From contig NC_069005.1 in NCBI RefSeq assembly GCF_001194135.2, positions 12,990,277 through 13,028,985 on the forward strand: a stretch of DNA of 38,709 bases. Direction: 5' to 3'. This stretch comes from Octopus bimaculoides (taxonomy: Eukaryota). Made by a program: the position numbers and the translations under genes. The notes beneath the pieces are model-generated. The model ran no database searches, was not told where the DNA came from, and worked only from the letters and a program-made list of their open reading frames with translations. Positions 10,620-22,905 of the stretch are shown here, piece after piece (position 1 is the first letter of the stretch; each line of letters begins with the position of its first letter).

Positions 10620-11750
10620 AGGGAAGTACAATTTCGCTACCCATAATGCAAGCTATTTAAGCAACAAGATGGAGTAGCTATGGAGTAGCATAGGAGCCAC
10701 ATTTATTACTTTATATCTTATTATAATAAAAAAGAAAATAATACCTAAACACAAATATATAATATACACTAGATACGTAGACGATACCGACAAATCAGAA
10801 ATTAAAGCGGACCTAGTACAAAGATTCAACACCTAAGACAAAACTAATACGAGTCAATTTCTAGGCATAAATATGCAGAAGAAAAGCAATTGAGACCATT
10901 TCGGCAGTTTTCACAAAACACACAAACAAATGCGTATACCTGCACAAAGATATCGAATGCCTACCTAACTATAAAATGTGTCAGAGATGAAATTACTACT
11001 TAGGGGCGCATTTAGATTCTCTTCCACAAATGAATCAGTAGATAAAGAAATCCATAGAATAAAACAAACTTTGATTAACAATGGATATTTAAGTAGACTA
11101 TTAGACCAAAATAACACCGTATGTAGACAGAAATACAATGCTGCAAATACATTAGAGAATATTATTGTTAAAAGCACACATGTTACATGTAAACTGTGGT
11201 ATATGAATCAAGTGCATGACTAGTATTGAACAGACGAACAAGTGATCAAAAATTTCATAAAGTAAATCACAAAATGCAGCACCCGAGACTGTAAACTGAC
11301 GCAAGTAATATCTTGGTTTCAAATTTTGACACAGGGTCAGGAATTTCGGGGGACAGGGTAATGGGACGGGGAAAGTGGAACCCTCAACGTTGCAAGCGAC
11401 GGAATACCAACAACAATAAAATTACTGATGTAATTTGCAAATTTGACTGTGAAACTTGTTGCAAACTTCTTAATTCCAACTGTTTCATTAGTGAGGCAAC
11501 TAAAACACTCCCGCAGGTTCACCATGTGTTTATAACAAGGAACACCACAATCATTGTTGCTACAACAGCTCGATAGTCAGCTTCTCGAGTGACCACATAA
11601 AGACCTCCGCGTTAGCATGTTTTAGGTTGTTAGATGAATTCGTCACGAAAAATAATTTAATCGTAATGTTTTTTGTAAACAAGCAATAATAAATCTCTGA
11701 ACGAGGTATAAACAGTAGTTGCACGACAATGTGAAGTATATTTGCCACTT
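10620..11750 (+). mobile_element. Penelope-like element remnant (RT plus GIY-YIG endonuclease)
   Basis: LFKQQDGVAM (10653-10682), RYVDDT (10771-10788), LRGAFRFSS..ESVDKEIHRIKQTLINNGY (post-RT region), DVICKFDCETC...FISEATKTL (decayed VIYKF.C..C...YIGET.R.L). Confidence 0.8.
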
Positions 11751-12016
11751 AAATGCGGTTAACCACTAAAGATGAATGCTATTGTAGCTTGTAGCCCAGG
11801 AGAACATCTCCTCCAGCTGGCTATTGACACACTTTTTGTGCCCTATCGGTATTTGCAAAGGGAAGTCATGTTTTTTGTTTTGCTTTGATTTTGTTTTTCG
11901 TTTCTTTTTATTGATTTTTTTTTCTTTTTTGGCGTAAGTGGTTAGTTCTAGTCTTCCTCGTCAACTATTATTTATTGGTTTCGAAATTTGAATAAATTTT
12001 ATCTCTTTTCAAACGT

Positions 12017-12870
12017 ATGATGAATGAGAGCCAAGTGGAAAAAATGGCCGTTTTCGACATCTGCTTCTCTTCGCTTTCAATCAAGATCCCAAAGCTGCCT
12101 AAGCCACTCGATATATTCGTGTTGCGTACGGAGAAGGCGTTGTTACTGAAGGAAATGCACAGAAATGGATTTCATGATACAAGGAGAGGAAATTTGAAAT
12201 CACAGACTCCCTGCGTTCCAGCAACCTGTTCAGTTCCATGAAGATCGGTTAGATAAACTCATACTCATTGAACAGCGCCAGTCCCCTAGGAAATTGGTCC
12301 AGCAGAAGGAATCTTGTCAATGGATGAGGTGCACGGGTCCCACACGCTCTGAAAGAAAGAGACAAACTCCAGCGCTTCTCTATTACCGCCAGTTTGCTCA
12401 CGTAATACCGGGCTCCATGTGTACACAAACAGATTTCTTTATCGCATCGTAAGCGGCAATGTAAAATGGTGTCTTTACGTCAATATGAAACAAAGGAAAG
12501 AAAGATTGACTGAATCCCGTCAAGCAAACAGCAACTCGAGCCAAGCCAGAGTTGCATCCATGCAAGACAAGGACCATCTATGTTTTGGGAGGACTGGGAA
12601 GAACTACTAAATGCTTGAAAATAACCACACGGTCAATGTAGAGCTTCGCGTTTAGCTAATACACCGGCTTCACGATGCAATGCAGCTGAAACAACCCAAC
12701 ATGGTGTGCTTCTTCAACACAACACACGACCTCGCACCCCCTCCGTCGCAAATTTGACTAAAAATATTCAATAATTCATTTGGGAAATTCTACCGCTCCA
12801 CTGTATTTTCCTTGTACAGCTCTGGCAGATTATTACCTTTATTGCTGGATCACCAACCGTCTGCGAGACA
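12017..12870 (+). mobile_element. Mariner (DD34D-type) transposase remnant
   Basis: FRHLLLFAFNQ..KAA.ATR.I..AYGEG N-terminus; RFLYRIVSGNVKWCLYVNMKQRKE (decayed IVTGDEKW..YVN); many frameshifts. Confidence 0.85.
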
Positions 12871-12893
12871 CTTTTTTTTTCAACAAGGACTTA

Positions 12894-13417
12894 GGAGTGG
12901 CTGTGTGGTAAGTAGCTTGCTTACCAACCACATGGCTCCGGGTTCAGTCCCACTGCGTGGCACCTTGGGCAAGTGTCTTCCACTATAGCCTCGGGCCGAC
13001 CAAAGCCTTGTGAGTGGATTTGGCAGATGGAAACTGTATGTATTCCGCTGAATTTTGTTGTGAGAACAATTTAGGTCTTAGTAGACACAAGATGTGATCT
13101 ATTTCTAGGACATTAAGTGTCTACGTGAGTGGTCAACGTTATATATATATACATATATATNNNNNNNNNNNNNNNNNNNNNNNNNNNNNNNNNNNNNNNN
13201 NNNNNNNNNNNNNNNNNNNNNNNNNNNNNNNNNNNNNNNNNNNNNNNNNNNNNNNNNNNNNNNNNNNNNNNNNNNNNNNNNNNNNNNNNNNNNNNNNNNN
13301 NNNNNNNNNNNNNNNNNNNNNNNNNNNNNNNNNNNNNNNNNNNNNNNNNNNNNNNNNNNNNNNNNNNNNNNNNNNNNNNNNNNNNNNNNNNNNNNNNNGT
13401 GTGTGTGTGTGTATATG

Positions 13418-13469
<52 letters not shown>

Positions 13470-13642
13470 TCCCCCCAACATCGCTTGACAATCGATGCTA
13501 GTGTGTTTACGTCCCCGTAACTTAGCGGTTCGGCAAAAAGATACCGATAGAATAAGTACTAGGCTTACAAAGAATAAGTCCTGGGGTCTATTTGCTCGAC
13601 TAAAGATGGTACTCCAGCATGGTTGCAGTCAATTGACTAAAA
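12894..13642 (+). mobile_element. SINE family A (head 12894-13040, 3' half 13440-13642, gap between)
   Basis: GGAGTGGCTGTGTGG A-box, GGTTCAGTCC B-box, CACCTTGGGCAAGTGTCTT; 3' half ends GACTAAAACAAGTAAAAGA. It may be two copies joined across the gap. Confidence 0.75.
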
Positions 13643-13734
13643 CAAGTAAAAGATTAAAAGAGTAAGGACGTGGTTAGATGAATTCTTCGAATCAAGACCC
13701 AATGATTTCAACCCTGTGATTTACATGCGAATGG

Positions 13735-13920
13735 AACTTTAGCAAAAAGTTGTGATCGCACTTCGTCCGTCCTTACGTTCTGAGTTCTAATTCCGCTGAG
13801 GTTGACTTTGCCTCTCATCCTTTTTGAGTGGATAAAATAAGTACCAGTTTTGTATTAGGGTCAATGTAATGGACATATTCGCTGCCCAGAAATTGCTGGC
13901 CTTGTGCTAAAATTAGAAGC
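13735..13920 (+). mobile_element. SINE family B, degraded
   Basis: TTACGTTCTGAGTTCTAATTCCGCTGAGGTTGACTTTGCCTCTCATCC...ATAAAATAAGTACCAGTT...AAATTGCTGGCCTTGTGC. Confidence 0.75.
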
Positions 13921-14027
13921 CAATATATTATTGATTTATTTATTATTATTTTTTTAAAATAAGGATTAAAATAAATGAGAAATAAAAGCGAACGAATTTA
14001 TCTGACAATCCAATAGATTGAATGGTT

Positions 14028-14070
<43 letters not shown>

Positions 14071-14570
14071 CACCAGCAGCAGCAGCTAAAGAATCAGCAG
14101 TATCAGTAGTAGCACCTGCTGCTCTGCTACTCTTGTTGTGATTGGTTGATTAATCCTGCTCCAGCAGAAATGTGACCAAAGTGATTCCAGCCGTGACCAG
14201 TCCATCTTTGATTTTTACCTTTCAGGCTATGCTTGATGAATTACATTATAGAAAGTGTTTTATCCTTTATTCAAAACAGTAGGGCGTGATTTAGGGAAAT
14301 TTTATTGAATTGACTGCTATTTCTAGGAAGCCGGATGACCATGTAGATGCTCCTTCCTTGTTTCATAGAACCGAACACCCTAACACTAATTAAGACAAGC
14401 CCTTTATGTTTGTTTGTTCTGCTGGGTTCTCCCCTCCACCCTTTTATCTTGTTCAAATCCCACTTTGCCTTTTATCCTCCTGGGGCCGACAAAATATATA
14501 AAACCATTCATACAATGAAAAACGTTGCAAGCCCCTTAAATCTCTCCGTTGTAAAGCCGTAGCCTCACTC

Positions 14571-15060
14571 CGTTCTACGAAGAAATCAGTGACGTCGTTG
14601 CAATGACAGCGTTGTTGCAATGACGTCACTGCAATAACGTCATTACAATGACAGCGTTTTTGCAATGACGTCACCGCAGTAACGTCATTGGCAAAGACGT
14701 CATTGATATGATATCATTAAAGTGACATCATTACTTAGCTGCTCGTAGCGTCATTCTTACGATCGTCATTACGTCTAACGCTATCATACCAAACCACGTC
14801 GAAGAAGACGTTACGCTACGTTTGACAACGTCACTCAACGCCACAATCTCACTCCATAGCGTCTGTATCATCTCTAGAGTGAGTTACAGTGACATCTTAA
14901 ATATAGACATGCCGTAATGATCGACGGCCTCTCATTGCTATTACGTCAACAAACCGACGTCATTGAACTGTGGTCATTGCAATGACGTCATCACAATGCA
15001 TATTGATGACATCATCATCAGAGCAATTACATCTTCGAGTGACGTTAGCCTGGTGACGTC
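14571..15060. repeat. TGACGTCA-rich module, copy 2, with CpG-rich extension
   Basis: 45 bp tandem unit at 14601-14645 and 14646-14690; TGACGTCA at 14621, 14666 and 14983; many ACGT and GACG words. Confidence 0.75.
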
Positions 15061-15084
15061 GATGCACTATTCTCGTGGCAGACA

Positions 15085-15388
15085 TCATTGCTGTCATCGT
15101 CATCATCATCATCATCATCGTCCTCATCTTCATCGTTATCATCACGTTCGTCGTCGTCCGCCTCCTCCTCCATCTCATCTTCACTATCGTCATCATTATC
15201 ATCATCATCATAATCATCAACATTATCATCATCATCATCATCGTCATCATAATCACTATAATTGTCGTCATCGTCCTCATCATCACCATCATCATAATCG
15301 TCGTCGTCGTCCTAGCCGTCATTGTTTGTCATCACTATTGTCTTCATAATTATTATCATCGTCATCATCGTCATTATCATCATCATCA

Positions 15389-15454
<66 letters not shown>

Positions 15455-16925
15455 TCGCCGTCTCATCGTCCCTGTCGTCATCGTCATCATCAACGTCATC
15501 GTCATAGTCGTCGTCCTCCTCCTCGCTTCCTCTCCTCCTCCTCGCTTCCTCTCCTCCTCCTCGCTTCCTCTCCTCCTCCTCCTCGCTTCCTCCTACTCAC
15601 CATCACCATCATCAGCGGCTACAACGGCGGCCTCACCATCACCATCATCATCACCATCATCATCATCATCATCATCAAGAACATCATCGTCATCATCACA
15701 ATCAATCTGCAACAACTCCATTGCTACTAAGTACAACGACCATAACCACTGACACTCCTCATCATGGCCACCACCACTTACCACAATCACAACCTCAACT
15801 CCTACCACAACCACAACCACTATCACCACCGCTACCACCGCCGTCTACTACAACTACCACCACTGTCACTGCAACCGAGACTACAACTACCACTATCTCT
15901 GCCACTATTTCCACTACCACCGCCACAACCGCCACCACTGCTACCAGCTGTACTGAAACTACCACTCATGCTGCTACCATTACTAATACAACCACCACCA
16001 CTACCACCATCACTACCACCACCATAACACCATCCACAACAGCAACAACAACGGAAACGTCACCTCCACCACTATTACTACTACCACCACTACCAGCATT
16101 ATCATCGTCAACAGCAACAGCAGTAACAGCAGCAGCAGCAGAAGCAAGATCAGTACAGCAGCAGCAGCAACAGCAGCAGCAGCAACAGAAGCAGCAGCAA
16201 CAGAAGCAGCAGCAACAGAAGCAGCAGCAACAGAAGTTGCAGCAACAGAAGCAGCAGCAACAGAAGCAGCAGCAACAGAAGCAGCAGCAACAGAAGCAGC
16301 AGCAACAGAAGCAACAGAAGCAGCAGCAACNNNNNNNNNNNNNNNNNNNNNNNNNNNNNNNNNNNNNNNNNNNNNNNNNNNNNNNNNNNNNNNNNNNNNN
16401 NNNNNNNNNNNNNNNNNNNNNNNNNNNNNNNNNNNNNNNNNNNNNNNNNNNNNNNNNNNNNNNNNNNNNNNNNNNNNNNNNNNNNNNNNNNNNNNNNNNN
16501 NNNNNNNNNNNNNNNNNNNNNNNNNNNNNNNNNNNNNNNNNNNNNNNNNNNNNNNNNNNNCAGCAGCAGCAACAGCAGCAGCAGCAACAGAAGCAGCAGC
16601 AACAGAAGCAGCAGCAACAGAAGCAGCAGCAACAGAAGTTGCAGCAACAGAAGCAGCAGCAACAGAAGCAGCAGCAACAGAAGCAGCAGTAACAGAAGCA
16701 GCAGCAACAGAAGCAGCAGCAAAAACAACTACATGCATCATCATCGCAACTAGCACCACCACCAACACCATCATCACCAGCATCCACTAGCATCACCATC
16801 ACCATCACCACCAAGTAAATGTACCATCATCAGCATTAGTAGCAGCAGCAGCAGCAGCAGCAGCAACAGTGGTTATGTGTCCCAGAAGCAGCAGCAATAA
16901 TGACGGCATCAGCAACATTATCAAC
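15085..16925. repeat. ~1.8 kb compound trinucleotide array, including a 15 bp CAGAAGCAGCAGCAA minisatellite
   Basis: Successive ATC, GTC, CTC, ATC, ACC/ACT and AGC/AAC blocks; 15-mer repeats on both sides of the gap at 16331-16560. Confidence 0.9.
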
Positions 16926-17038
16926 ACAGAAAAATTAGACCGTTGCCTAGCAACTGACGTACACACAGACACAGTCGCAAGAATGCTGATATTATGCAAC
17001 GCCTTTTGTGTGCGTACTTTTTTCAAGAGGCATGTTCA

Positions 17039-17052
17039 GGTGTGTGTGTGCG

Positions 17053-17092
<40 letters not shown>

Positions 17093-17290
17093 TGTGTTGT
17101 GTGTGTGTGTGTGTGTGTGTGTGTGTCTGCATGTGTGTGTGTGTGTGTGTGTGAGTGTTTATGAATATATAATGTGTGTGTGTGTGCGAATCATGTGTTG
17201 AAGGCGTGTATGTATGTATGTATGTATGTATGTATGTATGTATGTTTGTATGTATTTATGTATGTATGTATGTATGTATGTATGTATAAT
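17039..17290. repeat. (TG)n and (TATG)n microsatellites
   Basis: Direct observation. Confidence 0.9.
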
Positions 17291-17408
17291 GTGTTTACTA
17301 CATATATATATAAGGACAAGACCGTTATTTAAAATAACGATCATGCCAAGTGGCCCCCATGGTATCAAGAACCTTATAGGTAATAATTATTATTAAAATT
17401 AAGGTTAA

Positions 17409-17642
17409 GGGTATCTAAGAGATACCACCATGCTCGAAATAGCAGTCAAAATCTGACTCTGAAACCACATCAAGTACTCAATACAGCACAAGGTGAAAAG
17501 ATAAATGATAAATAAACTAGCAAAAAATTATTGTTTATTTGTTTATTTAATCTTTTTACCTTGTGCTGTATGAATACATGATGTGGTTTCAGAGCCAGGT
17601 TTTGACTGTTATTTCGAGCATGGTGATATCTCTTAAATGCCC
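17409..17642. mobile_element. Foldback MITE (near-complete inverted repeat), TTAA-flanked
   Basis: TTAA|GGGTATCTAAGAGATACCACCATGCTCGAAATAGCAGTCAAAA...TTTTGACTGTTATTTCGAGCATGGTGATATCTCTTAAATGCCC|TTAA; arms pair for more than 100 bp; relative at 32911-33144. Confidence 0.8.
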
Positions 17643-17648
17643 TTAATC

Positions 17649-17683
<35 letters not shown>

Positions 17684-18229
17684 NNNNNNNNNNNNNNNNN
17701 NNNNNNNNNNNNNNNNNNNNNNNNNNNNNNNNNNNNNNNNNNNNNNNNNNNNNNNNNNNNNNNNNNNNNNNNNNNNNNNNNNNNNNNNNNNNNNNNNNNN
17801 NNNNNNNNNNNNNNNNNNNNNNNNNNNNNNNNNNNNNNNNNNNNNNNNNNNNNNNNNNNNNNNNNNNNNNNNNNNNNNNNNNNNNNNNNNNNNNNNNNNN
17901 NNNNNNNNNNNNNNNNNNNNNNNNNNNNNNNNNNNNNNNNNNNNNNNNNNNNNNNNNNNNNNNNNNNNNNNNNNNNNNNNNNNNNNNNNNNNNNNNNNNN
18001 NNNNNNNNNNNNNNNNNNNNNNNNNNNNNNNNNNNNNNNNNNNNNNNNNNNNNNNNNNNNNNNNNNNNNNNNNNNNNNNNNNNNNNNNNNNNNNNNNNNN
18101 NNNNNNNNNNNNNNNNNNNNNNNNNNNNNNNNNNNNNNNNNNNNNNNNNNNNNNNNNNNNNNNNNNNNNNNNNNNNNNNNNNNNNNNNNNNNNNNNNNNN
18201 NNNNNNNNNNNNNNNNNNNNNNNNNNNNN

Positions 18230-19358
18230 CTCTTTATTTTTCAGGTAAATAGCGAACTAATTCGACAATAGAAAGTCATCGAACAACAGAATCGTTCCGC
18301 CATTCCTATTTTGGCGCGCTCCAGGCACACTACCAATAAAATTGCTAAGTTGATGCAACTTCGAAAAGCGACAGTTTATCGTGTGTGTAAACAATTTTAA
18401 GAGAGAAAGATTAATAGAAAAGAACATAAGACTCAAAGTGATTCCAAACGCAATCCAAAGTTTCTCGCTGGCCTCAAACACTTGATTGAAGCCAGCTTAC
18501 CCACATTCACGACAATTCTTGCTGAGTAACGCAATGTGTTCCTTTCCACGGTGTCCAGAACTGAGAACAAGAAACTTGGCATGACTAGCACTGTTCAACG
18601 ACGCCGTCACCACCTCACAGTCAAGGCCAAAGCATTCAGAGCTGTGAGGTGCCCAATGCTTCTGTCATTCCTCATGCATCGAGGTGCAGGAAAAGTTCTC
18701 TTGTTTGTGGACGAGAAGTTTACTGTGGATGCTGAGGTGAATCGCAGAAATTCTCGATCGATTGCATGCAACTCTTCTGACATCCCCAGTGTTTCAGACG
18801 TAGAATCCTGCCTCCGTGATGGTATTCGAAGCAGTGGCGAGTGATGGAAATATCATGGATCCACACTTCATTGAGTCTGACTTGAAGATCAGCACAAAGG
18901 AGTATCTGGCCGTCCTGAAGTACTCCCTGTTACCTTGGATGGAGCAGAAGTTTGGGCTAGAGATTGTGGTGCTTATCCAAGATTCTGCGCTATGTCATGG
19001 GTCAAAGCAACACAGGCCCTCCTTGGTGAGAAGGTGCAACCCCCTCGATTATTATGTGTGGGACGCAATTGTGCGAGAGACCAACAAAACTTCTTGTGGC
19101 ACCAAAGATGAACTGAAGGCAGGGATTATAGCAGCATTCACCAACTTAGACAAGGAGACCGTCTAGAAGAGTTGAAAGAGATTCCGAAGTCGTCTGGAAA
19201 CCGTGGTTGAAGCCAATGGCAATTTTATTGAATAAATTTACTCTTTAGTATTTCAAGATGTTTTTATTTAATTTTGGTAAACACACCTGTTAAAATGAGA
19301 TGTCAGTGTTATTTTCATTTTTGCGTAATTTAGACGACAATTTTTTCACCGAACCCTG
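18230..19358 (+). mobile_element. Tc1/mariner-superfamily (maT/rosa DD37D-like) transposon remnant with right TIR
   Basis: KIAKLMQLRKATVYRV (HTH), FVDEKFTV...NRRNSR, VMVFEAVASDG, LIQDSALCH, CNPLDYYVW, RLETVVEANGNFIE*; ends ...CACCGAACCCTG|TA. Left end is in the gap. Confidence 0.75.
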
Positions 19359-20093
19359 TATATNNNNNNNNNNNNNNNNNNNNNNNNNNNNNNNNNNNNN
19401 NNNNNNNNNNNNNNNNNNNNNNNNNNNNNNNNNNNNNNNNNNNNNNNNNNNNNNNNNNNNNNNNNNNNNNNNNNNNNNNNNNNNNNNNNNNNNNNNNNNN
19501 NNNNNNNNNNNNNNNNNNNNNNNNNNNNNNNNNNNNNNNNNNNNNNNNNNNNNNNNNNNNNNNNNNNNNNNNNNNNNNNNNNNNNNNNNNNNNNNNNNNN
19601 NNNNNNNNNNNNNNNNNNNNNNNNNNNNNNNNNNNNNNNNNNNNNNNNNNNNNNNNNNNNNNNNNNNNNNNNNNNNNNNNNNNNNNNNNNNNNNNNNNNN
19701 NNNNNNNNNNNNNNNNNNNNNNNNNNNNNNNNNNNNNNNNNNNNNNNNNNNNNNNNNNNNNNNNNNNNNNNNNNNNNNNNNNNNNNNNNNNNNNNNNNNN
19801 NNNNNNNNNNNNNNNNNNNNNNNNNNNNNNNNNNNNNNNNNNNNNNNNNNNNNNNNNNNNNNNNNNNNNNNNNNNNNNNNNNNNNNNNNNNNNNNNNNNN
19901 NNNNNNNNNNNNNNNNNNNNNNNNNNNNNNNNNNNNNNNNNNNNNNNNNNNNNNNNNNNNNNNNNNNNNNNNNNNNNNNNNNNNNNNNNNNNNNNNNNNN
20001 NNNNNNNNNNNNNNNNNNNNNNNNNNNNNNNTTTTGATATATACTGCTCCATATCTTAGAGCGTTCTTCTTTCGGATTTATGTTTTTTACAGA

Positions 20094-20144
<51 letters not shown>

Positions 20145-20564
20145 TGTATGTATGTATGTATGAAAGAATGTATGTATGTATGTATATATGTATGTATGTA
20201 TGCATGTATGTATGCACACACATATACAGACACGTGTGTATGTGTCTATGTGTATGTGTATACAGCATGTGTGTAGGAATCAATAGTATTCACCTGCAAA
20301 ACAAAACCCAGATAATTTTACAAAACGCCAAACTAATGTCATTTATACCGTTTGTTGTACTTAACTATAGAAACTGAAATCAAATCAAACTATAACGAGG
20401 ACTACAAAGATTGTGCAAAACGTTAATCTACGTACGTTTTCTCTCCTGTATTCCCCAAAGACCAACTTCTCCATCCGTCATAGTATTAGATCTCTGTTCA
20501 TTACTAAAGAGATTTTTACCTATTTCAAGTATTCACCTAATCTTTACCATTTATTGTTTTATTC

Positions 20565-20725
20565 ATTTGAGTGCAGCCATGCTCGGACACCGCTTGGAAC
20601 GGTTTTAGTCGAACAAATCAACCCCCAGGACTTATTCTTTTCAAGCCTAGTACTTATTCTAACGGGTTCTTTTGCTGAATCGCTAATTTGCTGGGACACA
20701 AATACAGGTTTGGGACAAACACATA
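20565..20725 (-). mobile_element. SINE family A, 3' half
   Basis: CATTTGAGTGCAGCCATGCT...CCCCAGGACTTATTCTTT...AAGCCTAGTACTTATTCTA; followed by (CATA)n. Confidence 0.7.
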
Positions 20726-21149
20726 CATACATACATACATACATACATACATACATACATACTTATGAATGGCATATGAATTGCTAGTTATGAACTAGGT
20801 ACAGTTCTCAGGGTAAAGGGCTTATGGCAGTATAAATGCTAAGAGTAATATATATTAATTTAAGATAATTCGTTAAAAGATAGCTTTATATTTCGCTCTA
20901 AACCGGCTTGTCAAAGGAATTAAGCATCTGGTTCAGCCGAAGGCATTTATAGCTAGAAATGAGAAATACTCTAATGGCAGATGCTGAAGATAAATCAATT
21001 AATATCAAATTGAAGTGGGGTGGACAGTATGAAAAGAAAATAGGCACTATTGAGAAAAACAGAAATGGTCTACACGTAGAACCAAAGTATTATTGGATCT
21101 ATAATGCGGCTGATGTATAAGGAAATTTTTATGATGTAAAGCAGGGTTT

Positions 21150-21365
21150 CTTTACTCTTTTATTTGTTTCAGTCATTTGACTGCGGCCATGCTGGAGCGC
21201 TACCTTTAGTCGAGTAAATCGACCCCGGGACTTATTCTTTGTAAGCCTAGTACTTATTCTAGCGGTCTCTTTTGCCGAACCACTAAGTGACGGAGACATA
21301 AACACACCAACATCGGTTGTCAAGCAATGCTAGGGGGACAAACACAGACACACAAACACACACAT
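21150..21365 (-). mobile_element. SINE family A, 3' half
   Basis: Well-conserved match to 5168-5390; ends at the internal (CA)n. Confidence 0.8.
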
Positions 21366-21379
21366 TTTTACGGGTGTGA

Positions 21380-21598
21380 TACGATTCTGCCAGCTCGTCA
21401 CCTGAAAATGCCTTCTACTATAAGCACAAGGCCTGAAACTTTGTGGGACGGTGCCCAACTGGTACTTATTTTATCGACCTCAAAAGTATGAAAGGCAAAG
21501 TCGACCTCAGCAGAATTTGAACTCAGAACGCAAAGATGAACGGAATACCGATAATCATTTCGGACAGTGTGCTAACAATTCTGCCAGCTCGCCGTCTG
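21380..21598 (-). mobile_element. SINE family B plus head of a second tandem unit
   Basis: CTGGTACTTATTTTATCGACC...TGAAAGGCAAAGTCGACCTCAGCAGAATTTGAACTCAGAAC; head ATTCTGCCAGCTCG occurs at about 21385 and 21578. Confidence 0.75.
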
Positions 21599-21916
21599 AA
21601 TAGTCCTAATAACAATTGCATAAGTAGTATTGAAAATATTACTGATACTATGGAGAAGAATAGCAATATTAATAATAAAAACAATGCTAATCGTAATCCT
21701 TCACGTGACAGATAATTGCAATTGTAGAATACTCAATCATTGCCCTTTGGCTACTTATTATCTGCAATATAATATGGTTCATGAATGCATCTTTTACACG
21801 GCACACTAAAAGTTGACAAAAATATTCATTCGGTCTTCCTCCAATTTCAAAAGACGCTATTTAGCTTATGTCAGTGCATCTTCTAATATCACACGGAAAT
21901 CTTATACATACATATA

Positions 21917-21955
<39 letters not shown>

Positions 21956-22640
21956 NNNNNNNNNNNNNNNNNNNNNNNNNNNNNNNNNNNNNNNNNNNNN
22001 NNNNNNNNNNNNNNNNNNNNNNNNNNNNNNNNNNNNNNNNNNNNNNNNNNNNNNNNNNNNNNNNNNNNNNNNNNNNNNNNNNNNNNNNNNNNNNNNNNNN
22101 NNNNNNNNNNNNNNNNNNNNNNNNNNNNNNNNNNNNNNNNNNNNNNNNNNNNNNNNNNNNNNNNNNNNNNNNNNNNNNNNNNNNNNNNNNNNNNNNNNNN
22201 NNNNNNNNNNNNNNNNNNNNNNNNNNNNNNNNNNNNNNNNNNNNNNNNNNNNNNNNNNNNNNNNNNNNNNNNNNNNNNNNNNNNNNNNNNNNNNNNNNNN
22301 NNNNNNNNNNNNNNNNNNNNNNNNNNNNNNNNNNNNNNNNNNNNNNNNNNNNNNNNNNNNNNNNNNNNNNNNNNNNNNNNNNNNNNNNNNNNNNNNNNNN
22401 NNNNNNNNNNNNNNNNNNNNNNNNNNNNNNNNNNNNNNNNNNNNNNNNNNNNNNNNNNNNNNNNNNNNNNNNNNNNNNNNNNNNNNNNNNNNNNNNNNNN
22501 NNNNNNNNNNNNNNNNNNNNNNNNNNNNNNNNNNNNNNNNNNNNNNNNNNNNNNNNNNNNNNNNNNNNNNNNNNNNNNNNNNNNNNNNNNNNNNNNNNNN
22601 NNNNNNNNNNNNNNNNNNNNNNNNNNNNNNNNNNNNNNNN

Positions 22641-22905
22641 TATATATATATATGCACATACATTTATATGTATATATGTATGCATGCATGTATGTATGTA
22701 TGTATGTATGTATGTATGCATGTATGCATGTATGTATGTATGTATGTATGCATAATGTATGTATGTATGTATTTATGCATGTATGTATGCATGCATGCAT
22801 GTATGTATGTATGTATGTATGTGTGTATGCATGTATGTATGTATGCATGCATACATACATACATGCATGCATGTATGTATGTATGTATGTATGTATGTAT
22901 GTGTG
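22641..22905. repeat. (TATG)n/(CATG) microsatellite
   Basis: Direct observation. Confidence 0.9.

Noticed and set aside
14140-14460. Possible degraded repeat sharing GAAATAGCAGTCAA with the foldback MITE arms
   Set aside because: The match is only about 14 bp and there is no second copy in the window, so it cannot be supported from this sequence alone.
16150-16720. CRISPR-like array or polyQ gene
   Set aside because: The 15 bp units are contiguous with no spacers; the context is eukaryotic; there is no domain or splice support for a polyQ protein.
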